Source of the DNA: Deltaproteobacteria bacterium
GTDB taxonomy: Bacteria; Myxococcota_A; Polyangia; Fen-1088
Reading direction: 5' to 3'
Length of the DNA: 64,000 nt
Assembly: GCA_033763315.1 (NCBI GenBank)
Contig: JANRKS010000016.1
Span: forward strand, 96,001-160,000
A model generated the notes under the pieces. It saw only the letters and a list, made by a program, of their open reading frames with translations. It did no database searches and was not told the DNA's origin. This document shows, piece after piece, positions 27,094-36,907 of the stretch; position 1 is the stretch's first letter; each line of letters starts with the position of its first letter. The translations under genes were made by a program, and so were the position numbers.

Positions 27094-29394
27094 ATGCATA
27101 AACTCGTTCGTTCTCACGGCACGAAAAAATTCTCCAGATTGGCGCTCGTTGGTTCCTGTCTTTTCGGTATGTTGGCGGTCGGATGCGGGGAGGGCGGATC
27201 GAAAGACGATTCGCTTGAAGACGTCGAAGTTTCGACGTCAGCGCTGACGACGTCGGTCGGAACGGTCGCGATCGACTACCAAATGTATCAGGGCACGCCG
27301 GTTGAGAGTATGGTTGGCTTGGACAGTATCCAACGTCCCCCATTCTACAGAATCGTGCTGGATGGCTGTGGCTCCCACATGCCAGGACGTACCATTCAGA
27401 CCTATATGTGGGAGGCCACTCCCGCTGGGATCACCGGGTTGGACTTGAACGCGAGAAATGTTGTTAACACCGAATTCGTCGCAAAGGCTCAGACCACCAC
27501 TTGCCGATCCCCGGTTTTCGGATTCACGAGCCTGAACAACGTGACCGTGAAACTCACCTTGGTGGCCACTGATGGGGTGCAACTTTCCGAAACCAAGAGG
27601 CTGTATCCCAAGGATATTCTGGTTGTGAGTATGGGGGATTCCTTTGCGTCCGGTGAAGGTAATCCCGATACTCGTGCTCCTTTTTTTGCCCTTCCTGCGA
27701 AATGGGCGAACTCTACTTGTCATCGCTCGGCCCTTTCGTCCCACGTGCTCGCTGCGCGAAAATTGGAGGACCAAGATCCGCACTCCGTCGTGACGCTCTT
27801 CTCTACCACTTGCTCTGGGGCGAGCATCACGAATGGGTTGTTGGGCTCGCAGTCAAGAGGCGCATCTGTACTGTGGCCACAGGTCGATCAGATAAGGACC
27901 GCCATGAGTAATGTGGGGCGCCAAGTCGACGTTTTACTCTTGAGCATCGGCGGAAATGATTTGGGATTCTCATCCATCATTGTGGAGTTAGCGAAGGGGA
28001 ACACACCCAACGTAACCTCCAAGCTCGCCGAGTTGCCGTCGCGCTACGATCAGCTGGCAGTAGCGCTGCGCGAGAAAATTGGTGTTACTCCGAATCGGGT
28101 TTTTGTTTCTGAATATCCCGACATGCTCCGCCGCACCGATGGTTACATCTGTAACGAAGTTGTCTTCAAGGATGGGGTGTCAGATCACGAATATGTACCG
28201 GACGTTCTCGGGATAGACGCCAGCATCCCATCTTCACGGCTACTGTGGGCTCATGAACAAGTTGTCGTGCCGCTGAACAGAACGATCAGAGACAGGAGTT
28301 CTCAACATGGATGGTCGCTGGTTGGTGGCATTGTCGAAACTATGAGCCGCAATGGTTACTGCACACCGGCAAGTACCCGCATGGTACGCACGTACGACGA
28401 ATCAAAAGCTATCCAGCATGATATATCCGGAACGTTCCATCCGAACGAAGCTGGGCATCGAGCCGCGGCGGATCTGATCTTCAACCGAGTTCAGCAGTCA
28501 CTGAGCGGCAAGGTGCCTCCAGCCGTCTCATTCCAGGCGAACACTGGCGCGCTTTGGGTTGTCGAAAACGGCCTAGGCACCGACACCCGTCTTGGAATGA
28601 TGCCGGGAACGGTACCAAGTTCGGCGACGTTGCCAAACGGTGTGGCGGTCGTCGCATTTCAGGCAAACACCAGCTCGCTCTACATCAAGAAGGGCAACGT
28701 CATCACCAACACGGGTCTTGGCATGTTGCCGGGAACCAGCCCAAGCCTTACCTTGCTCCCGAACGGGCAGGTCGCCGTCGCATTCCAGGCCAACACAAAC
28801 CAACTTTGGACGTGGACAGAAGCCGCCGGTGCACGGAACCTCGGCTATGGCATGCGACCCGGTACCAGTCCGAGCATTGCAAGCAACCTCAACGGCAACC
28901 TGTCGATCGCATTCCAGGCAAATACGGGGACGTTGTGGAAATGGACCGAGGGCCTTGGTGGGAACAACGTGGGCGCCGGCATGAAAGCCGATACCAGTCC
29001 CAGCCTCGGCATCTTGCCGGACGGTCAACTTGCCATCGCGTTTCAGGGGTTCACAGGATCTCTCGCCACCTGGATAAACGGAACGCTGACAGACATCCGT
29101 CTGGGAATGATGCCGGGCACCAGCCCCAGCCTTCGTATCCTTCCGGGCGGGCAAAACCCGATTGGTATTGCGTTTCAGGCCAACACCTCGAGTCTCTGGC
29201 TGTACAAGCCGGCGGGAAGTTCGCCGGCCAGTTCATTCAACTCGGGATTGGGCATGAACCCCAAAGCAAGTCCCGTTCTGGATGTCATGGGTGATGGTTC
29301 CACCCAGATTGCGATGCAAGCCAATACCAACAGCCTTTGGTTGGTGACAAACACGACGCCGGTCGATATGCGCTTGGGCATGGCGGCTCTCTGA
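27094..29394 (+). CDS. SGNH/GDSL hydrolase lipoprotein with 7 C-terminal repeats
   Basis: AVGC lipobox, GDSFASGEG, CSGA, SIGGND, FHPN..GH; repeats AFQANT..LW..LGM.PGTSPS. Confidence 0.88.
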   Translation: MHKLVRSHGTKKFSRLALVGSCLFGMLAVGCGEGGSKDDSLEDVEVSTSALTTSVGTVAIDYQMYQGTPVESMVGLDSIQRPPFYRIVLDGCGSHMPGRTIQTYMWEATPAGITGLDLNARNVVNTEFVAKAQTTTCRSPVFGFTSLNNVTVKLTLVATDGVQLSETKRLYPKDILVVSMGDSFASGEGNPDTRAPFFALPAKWANSTCHRSALSSHVLAARKLEDQDPHSVVTLFSTTCSGASITNGLLGSQSRGASVLWPQVDQIRTAMSNVGRQVDVLLLSIGGNDLGFSSIIVELAKGNTPNVTSKLAELPSRYDQLAVALREKIGVTPNRVFVSEYPDMLRRTDGYICNEVVFKDGVSDHEYVPDVLGIDASIPSSRLLWAHEQVVVPLNRTIRDRSSQHGWSLVGGIVETMSRNGYCTPASTRMVRTYDESKAIQHDISGTFHPNEAGHRAAADLIFNRVQQSLSGKVPPAVSFQANTGALWVVENGLGTDTRLGMMPGTVPSSATLPNGVAVVAFQANTSSLYIKKGNVITNTGLGMLPGTSPSLTLLPNGQVAVAFQANTNQLWTWTEAAGARNLGYGMRPGTSPSIASNLNGNLSIAFQANTGTLWKWTEGLGGNNVGAGMKADTSPSLGILPDGQLAIAFQGFTGSLATWINGTLTDIRLGMMPGTSPSLRILPGGQNPIGIAFQANTSSLWLYKPAGSSPASSFNSGLGMNPKASPVLDVMGDGSTQIAMQANTNSLWLVTNTTPVDMRLGMAAL

Positions 29395-29418
29395 TAGTCA
29401 AGAGGATGGTCGCAAACG

Positions 29419-29453
29419 ATGGCCCTGGACAGTCCTCGTCCAGGGCCATTTTT
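29419..29453 (+). terminator. Rho-independent terminator
   Basis: 12-bp stem ATGGCCCTGGAC/GTCCAGGGCCAT followed by TTTT. Confidence 0.75.
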
Positions 29454-29655
29454 CGCCGTGGTGTCCAGTTGCGCGGAACCAGTAAAATTCTACACATGCA
29501 GACGAGCCACCGCCCCGATGCGGGAATTGATCTCGGGGCCGTTGAGCCAAGATAACGCAGTGCACGTCGGGCGTTCCTCGGTGTTCGCTAAAGGTCGGAG
29601 GAGGGCGACGCATCGTATTGAAGCTAGACTCGCATAGCATTCGGTCGTTCGGACG

Positions 29656-32244
29656 ATGGCGACTTGCATCTGCCGCGGCGATGACCTTGTATGTCCCTGC
29701 GTGTCCTTGGTTGTCAAAGCTGGCGTTCAAATTGCCTCCTACACCGTCATTCGTCGGTTGGGGTCTGGGGGGATGGGTGAGGTATTTCTTGCGCGCCACC
29801 GCGTGTTAGGGCGCATGACCGCCATCAAGGTGCTGCGTGAGACTGTTCATCAGTCCGCAGATGCGATCCCGCGCTTCTTGGCGGAGGCAAGGGCGGCGGC
29901 CCGAATTCTCCATCCCGGCATTGTCGAGATCCTCGACTGCGACGTACTCGACAACGCAAGGGCGTTTCTTGTTATGGAGTATCTTCGTGGCGAGAGCATG
30001 CGGGCGTTCATGGATCGCCAGATGCCAGCTCGCCGCGACGTCCGCTTCATCGCCGCCACAATTGGCCTTGTGGCCGATGCGTTGCGCGCGGCGCATGAGC
30101 GTAAAATCATTCACCGCGATCTTAAACCGGACAACATATTCTTTTCCCTTCCTTCGCCCGACGCAGAGAAGATTCAGGTCAAGGTCCTGGACTTCGGGGT
30201 TGCAAAACTACTCGACAGCGAAGGCCCAGGCTCGCAAACCCAAACGGGCGCGTTGTTGGGAACCCCCATGTACATGTCACCCGAACAATGCCGTGGAGCA
30301 CGCGACCTTGACGAACGCTCTGACATCTACTCATTGGGTTGCGTGGCATACGAGCTGGTGGCGGGGCACGTACCGTTTTCAGCCGACTCAGTCGTCATGA
30401 TGTTGATGGCGCACAACGCGAATGCTTTGCCCTCCTTGGCAAAAGCAGCACCTGCCACACCTACGCAGTTGGTGAACTTGATCGAATCCATGCTGGCAAA
30501 GAATCCGGATGACCGCCCGCAATCGATGGATGCTGTTGTGCATGCAATCGCCGAGTTTCTCGGCTGCGATGCCACGGAGCTTTCGCAGCGTTTGGTCGTT
30601 CCCGACGGATTTCCAGTCACCTCGTTCGAACCAGCGATAGAACCTCCAGGCTCTGAGGATCCGACGGCGCACGGGAGCTTGCAGCCCATGGCTACGGACG
30701 CTCAACGAAGCCCACGGACATTCTGGGGCCGGGGAGGCAAGCGATGGGCTGCAACCACTGCACTTTTTCTTGCGGCCATAGTGACGCTTGTCGGCGTTAC
30801 GCTGTGGCTCGCGCGCCGCCCGGGCAACAACGACTCGGCTTCCAAAACTTACAAATCGATTGCCGTTTTACCGTTTGACGCAGGCGGGGAAGACAAAAGC
30901 GCCCAGTATCTGGGTGACGGCATCAGTGAAGAGCTCATCAGCTTACTTACACAGATTCCGCAGTTGCGCGTTGTTGCCCGGGCAACGTCGTTTCGCTTTC
31001 GCGGCCGCGAACTTAATCTAAAGGAGGTTGGTGAGCGGTTGAACGCCGAGGTGCTTCTCGAAGGCAGCGTAGCGCGACACGAAGGTAAGTTGAAAGTGAA
31101 CGTTAGCGCCGTGGAGGCAGCCACTGGATTTAACATTTGGTCGCGAACCTTCGAAAAGCCTTTAGGGGACATCTTCGCGTTACAACGTGCGATTGCCGAA
31201 GATGTGGCGCAGCAAACTGGGGCTGGGCAACACGCTGCGCTTACAACGAATTACGAAACGCGAAACACTCAAAGCTACGATGCGTTTTTGAAGGGGCGCT
31301 TTCATTTCTACCGCCGCACTGGCGCCGACTTGGCTCTCGCTGTCGACTACTTTAAGCAAGCGTCGCAGGATGATTCCACCGCGGCCGAGCCATTGGCTTG
31401 GCTTTCTCAAAGCTACTCTCTGCTGTCGTACTATTCTTCCCTTACGCCCAAGGAAGCGTTCGAGCTTGCGCTAGATGCGGCTGATAGAGCGCTGCGCCTC
31501 AATCCGGAATCCCCCAGTGCAATCGCAGCGAAAGCCTTTGCCATCTACTTTTACCTTTGGGATTTTCCACGTGCCGACGCCATGTTTCGCAAAGCGAAGG
31601 CCCTCGATCCCTTAAATCCACAAATTCACCATTGGCATGCCCTTGTGCAGTTCGCGCTAGGCGACGGGAAAGCGTACGTTGATTCGATCGCTCGGGCCAG
31701 GGATCTGGATCCAATGTCGAGCATCTACAACACCGATGTTGGTGAATCCTTGTTGCTCAACGCTCGCAGTAAGGAAGGCCTCCGAACGATCGAGATGGTG
31801 GTCGAAATGGACCCAGGTTTCGCTCGAGGACATTTTGTCCTAGGCCTGTATCGCCTTGAGAGAAAAATGGTTGATAAAGCGCTGTCTGAGTTCCGCCGCG
31901 CACTGGAACTAACCCAGGGCAAGAACACGTATTACCGAGCCATGGTGGGGTACACGTTGGCCGTGGCCAATCAAACCACTGAGGCCCGCGAGATCCTCGC
32001 CGAATTTCGCCATCCAGCCACAGGCGCTCCCGCTGCCGCGTTCGATCAGGCCCTGGTCGCGTACGGGTTGGGCGAGCTGGATGTTTTTTTTGACTTGCTG
32101 GAGCAGGCGTTCATAGAACGGTCCAGGCACTTGCCGTTTTGGCTGGAAAACCTATGGATTTTTGACCCCATTCGCACCGACCAACGTTACCGTGACTTGA
32201 TCGAGCGCATGAAGACCTTGCATACGAAGACCACCAGTGACTAA
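29656..32244 (+). CDS. Ser/Thr protein kinase with TM, TolB-like and TPR domains
   Basis: LGSGGMGEV, AIKVL, HRDLKPDN, DFG, GTPMYMSPEQ; SIAVLPF..LRVVARATSF; TPR-like C-terminus. Confidence 0.95.
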   Translation: MATCICRGDDLVCPCVSLVVKAGVQIASYTVIRRLGSGGMGEVFLARHRVLGRMTAIKVLRETVHQSADAIPRFLAEARAAARILHPGIVEILDCDVLDNARAFLVMEYLRGESMRAFMDRQMPARRDVRFIAATIGLVADALRAAHERKIIHRDLKPDNIFFSLPSPDAEKIQVKVLDFGVAKLLDSEGPGSQTQTGALLGTPMYMSPEQCRGARDLDERSDIYSLGCVAYELVAGHVPFSADSVVMMLMAHNANALPSLAKAAPATPTQLVNLIESMLAKNPDDRPQSMDAVVHAIAEFLGCDATELSQRLVVPDGFPVTSFEPAIEPPGSEDPTAHGSLQPMATDAQRSPRTFWGRGGKRWAATTALFLAAIVTLVGVTLWLARRPGNNDSASKTYKSIAVLPFDAGGEDKSAQYLGDGISEELISLLTQIPQLRVVARATSFRFRGRELNLKEVGERLNAEVLLEGSVARHEGKLKVNVSAVEAATGFNIWSRTFEKPLGDIFALQRAIAEDVAQQTGAGQHAALTTNYETRNTQSYDAFLKGRFHFYRRTGADLALAVDYFKQASQDDSTAAEPLAWLSQSYSLLSYYSSLTPKEAFELALDAADRALRLNPESPSAIAAKAFAIYFYLWDFPRADAMFRKAKALDPLNPQIHHWHALVQFALGDGKAYVDSIARARDLDPMSSIYNTDVGESLLLNARSKEGLRTIEMVVEMDPGFARGHFVLGLYRLERKMVDKALSEFRRALELTQGKNTYYRAMVGYTLAVANQTTEAREILAEFRHPATGAPAAAFDQALVAYGLGELDVFFDLLEQAFIERSRHLPFWLENLWIFDPIRTDQRYRDLIERMKTLHTKTTSD

Positions 32245-32272
32245 CACCTGTTGCAGCCGCCTTATTGCACCG

Positions 32273-33301
32273 TCATTTCGGATAGAGCATGTGAAACACT
32301 TCGTCTGCGGTGCGCGGACGCGCTGAGGCATCACGTTCCAGACATTGGGCAATAACCCGTTCCCAGTTCTGGTCGACTTCGGGCGCGAATTGCCGAGGAG
32401 ACGGTGCGGCTTCATTTAGCCTCTGAGCTGCGATTTCGTAGGGACTGCGTCCGTTGGTGGGCAAGGCCCCTGAGGTCGCCAGTTCAAACAACACTACGCC
32501 CAACGCGTAGATGTCCGTGGCCAGTGTAACAGCGCCGCCGCGTAACTGTTCCGGTGACGCGTGGGTTATCGTTCCGGCGAAACGCGCACCCAAGGTTGAG
32601 ACTGGTGTTCCAGGCCCTACCCACGCCGCAAGCCCGAAATCCGTGATGACCGCGCGGGTCGGCGCCGCAGAACCTGGGACGAGGATTACATTCTCCGTTT
32701 TGAAATCTCGGTGCACGACTCCAGCGTCGTGAGCGGCCTTTAAGCCATCAGTCAACTGCTGCACAACAGACCGCACGATGTGAGGAGCCATGGGAGTGCC
32801 GGCACAAATGTGCTGGCGCAGCGTCGTTCCTGGCAGAAACTCCATGGTAAGGAAACACATGTCCGGCGTGACGCCGAAATCGAAGATGCGGCATACGTTG
32901 CGATGTGTAACTTGGCGGGCCACCAACACTTCGCGCCGCAGGCGCTTTTGGCTTTCGTCTTGCTGGAGCTCAGCAACCGTTAAGCTCTTGAAGCCAATGG
33001 TCGTTCGCAGGATCTCGTCAGTGGCTTCGTAAACCTCGCCCATTCCCCCCCGACCGACCAACCGATCAATTCGGTAGCGACCCGCCAGAACCGTTCCCGG
33101 GGCGATCGTGCCTAAAACGGGAGCTTGCAACCAGGTTTGTGCGCCGGACCGTCGTTCGCCTTTGAGCGCCGACAACAACATTCGACACTCGGGGCAAACG
33201 TCCAGGTGGGTCTCAAGTTGATGCAGCGCCAACGGTGGCAGCGTGCCGCTGGCGAATTGCGTCAGGATTTCATCGGGAGGGCAACTTTGGCTACTTGACA
33301 T
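32273..33301 (-). CDS. Ser/Thr protein kinase with N-terminal zf-HC2
   Basis: HLDVCPEC, GRGGMGEVY, HRDFKTEN, TDFG, SPEQ. Confidence 0.92.
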   Translation of the reverse strand: MSSSQSCPPDEILTQFASGTLPPLALHQLETHLDVCPECRMLLSALKGERRSGAQTWLQAPVLGTIAPGTVLAGRYRIDRLVGRGGMGEVYEATDEILRTTIGFKSLTVAELQQDESQKRLRREVLVARQVTHRNVCRIFDFGVTPDMCFLTMEFLPGTTLRQHICAGTPMAPHIVRSVVQQLTDGLKAAHDAGVVHRDFKTENVILVPGSAAPTRAVITDFGLAAWVGPGTPVSTLGARFAGTITHASPEQLRGGAVTLATDIYALGVVLFELATSGALPTNGRSPYEIAAQRLNEAAPSPRQFAPEVDQNWERVIAQCLERDASARPRTADEVFHMLYPK

Positions 33302-33342
33302 TGAAAACCGGGCAGTTGAACTTGCCGCCACCGGGGATCAGC

Positions 33343-34140
33343 ATGGGGGAGCAGAAAAGCAGTATCGCATTGGCCCAGCGGCTTTGCAGCGCGGTCAACG
33401 AGCGGTGGCCAACTTTGTCGTGTCAGTCCGAAACCATCGCCCGCTATTTGGAAACCCGGGACCTTGACGCTATTACCCACCCGGACGAATTGGCGTTGGC
33501 CTTTCTGTGCGCGCAGGGCAATCAGGCGGCCTTGGGTATTTTGGAAAACGAATTCTTACGCGCTATTCCGTTGTACATCTCGCGGATTGATTCCAGCGAT
33601 GATTTCGCTGATGAACTGACACAAACCTTGAGAGAGCGACTGCTGGTCGGGTCGGCTGAGGAGCCTCCAAAGATACTGACGTATTTAGGATCGGGCCCAC
33701 TGGGCGGGTGGCTTCGGGTGACGGCGGTTCGCAAAGCCATTTCCATCAAACGATTGCGCGAACCCGCGAGCCTAAATACTGCCGATCTGGCCGAATTGGC
33801 GATCCCCATCGACGATGTCGTAACCCGGGCGGCCTCGGTTGAGCCGTTTCAGAAAGCCTTGCGCTCGGCGCTTACCCGCATTTCTCCTCGCGAACGCAAC
33901 GTGCTTCGACTGCGGTTTGTGGATAACTGGAGCCCTGAAGATATTGGTAAAAGCTACGGCGTTCACAGAGCAACGATAGCGCGATGGATCGAGGGCGCTC
34001 GAAGCGCTATGCGTGCGGCCATGGCCGAAGAGCTGATGGCGACCATGGGATTTAATCAATCCGAATTTGATTCGTTGGTTCGACTCGTGGAAAGCCGTCT
34101 TCACATCAGCTTGTCCCAGCTCAATATCATCGACGAATAG
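33343..34140 (+). CDS. Myxobacterial-type ECF-like sigma factor
   Basis: L.LA..C..G...A, LRERLLVG, Y.G.GPL.GWLRV.AVR, region 4 RERNVLRL..IG..YGVHRATIARW. Confidence 0.8.
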   Translation: MGEQKSSIALAQRLCSAVNERWPTLSCQSETIARYLETRDLDAITHPDELALAFLCAQGNQAALGILENEFLRAIPLYISRIDSSDDFADELTQTLRERLLVGSAEEPPKILTYLGSGPLGGWLRVTAVRKAISIKRLREPASLNTADLAELAIPIDDVVTRAASVEPFQKALRSALTRISPRERNVLRLRFVDNWSPEDIGKSYGVHRATIARWIEGARSAMRAAMAEELMATMGFNQSEFDSLVRLVESRLHISLSQLNIIDE

Positions 34141-34596
34141 ACGAGTTGCGCGACCGCGTGGCCCGCACCGGTTTGTTGGCACTCACCAAATACAAATCGT
34201 CGGCGACAAAGCGGCTTCGCAACCATTTGCAGCGTTTGCGTGTGACCGCACGCTCGCCTGTGGTTCGCGCCACACGGCCGTGATTGAAGGCACGATGCTG
34301 TAGTGCTGCCGCTACATGCAAAATGCAATCGCGCTTTGCACCCTCAAACGGTTTCGCCTCTACGACTGCGATGTGTCCGTTCTTCCCGTCAGCACGGCGG
34401 CAAATCCTGTGAGGGCATTGGCCGGCTTGGCGCTGCGGCTTTCGCAGCATCTCGCTTAGTGTTCGGGAGCACCCATGGCATCACCTGATCGGTGCGCGGC
34501 ATGATCGTTTGCCTTACGCCGCGATACTAACGGGTTTGCGATAGCTCTTCGCAAACGCAATCGTCGGCGTCTAGCGCCTTCAGAAGGAACACATCC

Positions 34597-35076
34597 ATGA
34601 TTCGAAGCTCTGTTCTACTCTCCATACTCTTTGCGGCCATCTGGGCTGTGGCCTGTTCGTCCGATGGCGAAAACAAGAATGAAGGTTCAGGTGGAAAAGC
34701 AGCCGGGGGCAAGGGGGGCAGCGTTGGCTTGGATGCCGGCACATCTTTTGGCGGCGGTGGGGGCGGATCGTCAACACTGGCTGGTGGCTCCGGTGGAAGC
34801 TTGATCGGCTCGGGTGGCGCGGCCCAATCAGGCGGGTCGGGTGGTGGCGAGCCACTTGACGCAGGTGCGGGTGGCGAAGGCGGCGGAGCGGCCGCGGATC
34901 CAGATGATGAGGATAACCAGCCGACGGTGGATGGTTCCGCTCCAAACAACGACGATGACGATGACCAGCAGGGCATGGGCGGCTCCTCCGGCACGCCCGC
35001 AGACGACGATGACGACAATCAAGGTGGCACAACAGGCCAAGTCGACGCAGGGACAGCAGATGACGACGAGCCCTAA
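34597..35076 (+). CDS. Gly/Asp-rich low-complexity lipoprotein
   Basis: AAGGA RBS, AVAC lipobox, disordered G/D-rich body. Confidence 0.7.
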   Translation: MIRSSVLLSILFAAIWAVACSSDGENKNEGSGGKAAGGKGGSVGLDAGTSFGGGGGGSSTLAGGSGGSLIGSGGAAQSGGSGGGEPLDAGAGGEGGGAAADPDDEDNQPTVDGSAPNNDDDDDQQGMGGSSGTPADDDDDNQGGTTGQVDAGTADDDEP

Positions 35077-35153
35077 GCGGCCTGGCGCGCTGTGAGTGAA
35101 ACGGCCGAGACCTCACCGATGATCGTTTCGCCTCTGCCAAAGCACTAGAGAGG

Positions 35154-36860
35154 GTGGCAATACAAACACGGGTATCCGGGCAAACGGTGGGTGTATTCCA
35201 ATTTCGCAGGGGTGCCGCCCTAAGCCTCGTTGCCGCCTTGGTGGCAGCGGGCGCAAGTGGGTGCACAGCAAAGGTCGAAGGCAACGCCAAAGGGCCGGAT
35301 CCAGGAGCAGATGATGACCCTGGAACAAATGAACCCGCCCCAACGGGCGCCGAAAAGATACCGGCCGGCGCGCCTGGCCCCACGGCGTTGCGAAAACTGA
35401 CAAACGAGGAATACCGCAACAGCTTGCAGGACTTACTGGGGTTGCCTGCGCCGCCCACCGATGCTCTGCAACCCGAAACGTGGACACTCGGCTACGACAA
35501 CTTCGCATCGGCGGGCACGGTGTCGGCAACCATCGGCGGCCAATACGCCGAGATTGCGGCCCGCCTCGCTACCGAGGCGCCCCTTGCCACATTGGCGCCC
35601 TGTGCTTCGCCCGCCAAGGAGAGCGACTGCGCCAACAGCTTCATCACGAGCTTCGGCAAGCGGGCTCATCGCCGGCCACTGAACGCCGAAGAGACGCAGG
35701 CTTACCGTCGCATCTACGATCTTGTGCGAAAGACGGGAACGTTCGCCGAGGGCATCAAGCTGGTTGCCGAAGTGATGCTGCAATCGCCGTATTTTCTCTA
35801 TCGATCCGAATACGGCACCAGCGGTGCCAAGCGAACGCTGACGCCTTACGAGGTGGCTTCGGAGCTTTCATACACATTCCTTGGAACGATGCCTGACGCC
35901 GAACTGATGGCAGCGGCGGACAACAACGCGCTTGCCACACCAGCCCAGCTCGAAACGCAGGCGCGCCGCTTGCTTAAGTCGCCACGCGCAAGAGCCACGC
36001 TGCGACGGTTCGTCAACCAATGGTTGACCGTCAACAGCATCACGGGTGTGCAAAAGAATCTTTCCAAGTTCCCGATGTTCGACGACAAGCTGAAGAGCGC
36101 CATGCTTGCCGAAAGCGCGGGTGTGGTCGATTCGGTGCTGTGGGAACAAGACGGCTCTGTAAAGACCTTGTTGACGACGCCGTTTAGCTTCATCAACAGC
36201 GCGCTGGCCGAACTTTATGGTGTTCCGGATCCGGGCAAAGGTGATGTGCTGGTGAAGACCACGCTTAACGCGGCAGAGCGAAGCGGGATCTTAACCCATC
36301 CAGCGGTACTCGCGGTTCATTCAAAGCAGGACGATTCATTTCCTATCGCGCGCGGCACATTCCTTCGCGTGCGCATGTTGTGCCAGGCCTTACCGCCGCC
36401 GCCAAAGAACGTGAACTTGTCCCCGCCGGCGCCCGATCCCAACCTCACCACGCGCGAGCGCTTTGCGCGACACTCAGCGGATCCCGCTTGCGCCGGCTGC
36501 CACGCGCTCATCGATCCCGTGGGGTTTGGACTTGAGGGGTACGATGCCATTGGCCGCTTCCGAACCACAGAAAATGGCCGTCCGATCGATGCCAGTGGCG
36601 TGCTGACCGACACCGACGTTGACGGGCCCTACACGGGCGGCGTTGAGTTGGCACGCAAGCTGGCGTCAAGCGCGCTGGTTCGGCAGTGCGCCGCCGTGCA
36701 GGCCGCGCGGTGGGTTTATGGCCGGGCCGAGATCGAAACCGACAAGCAACTCGCCGCGACGATCGACACCCAACTCGGCGCTGAGGGGATGAACATTCGC
36801 GAGATGCTGATCGCCCTCGTCAAGAGTGAGAGCTTTCTCACGCGGACGTTTGTGCAATGA
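35154..36860 (+). CDS. DUF1592/DUF1588-family c-type cytochrome lipoprotein (pair 1)
   Basis: LRKLTNEEYRNSL.DL, LQSPYFLYR, ERSGILT, PIARG, CAGCH..IDPVGF. Confidence 0.9.
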   Translation: MAIQTRVSGQTVGVFQFRRGAALSLVAALVAAGASGCTAKVEGNAKGPDPGADDDPGTNEPAPTGAEKIPAGAPGPTALRKLTNEEYRNSLQDLLGLPAPPTDALQPETWTLGYDNFASAGTVSATIGGQYAEIAARLATEAPLATLAPCASPAKESDCANSFITSFGKRAHRRPLNAEETQAYRRIYDLVRKTGTFAEGIKLVAEVMLQSPYFLYRSEYGTSGAKRTLTPYEVASELSYTFLGTMPDAELMAAADNNALATPAQLETQARRLLKSPRARATLRRFVNQWLTVNSITGVQKNLSKFPMFDDKLKSAMLAESAGVVDSVLWEQDGSVKTLLTTPFSFINSALAELYGVPDPGKGDVLVKTTLNAAERSGILTHPAVLAVHSKQDDSFPIARGTFLRVRMLCQALPPPPKNVNLSPPAPDPNLTTRERFARHSADPACAGCHALIDPVGFGLEGYDAIGRFRTTENGRPIDASGVLTDTDVDGPYTGGVELARKLASSALVRQCAAVQAARWVYGRAEIETDKQLAATIDTQLGAEGMNIREMLIALVKSESFLTRTFVQ

Positions 36861-36907
36861 ACCTCCCTCCTTTTCATTCCCACTCGCCTCTGCCAAGGAG
36901 TGTTCCG

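Noticed and set aside
34527-35458. Antisense Pro/Ser-rich ORFs, and the many other shadow ORFs across 24-64 kb
   Set aside because: They are complements of well-supported genes in GC-rich DNA, with no motifs of their own.
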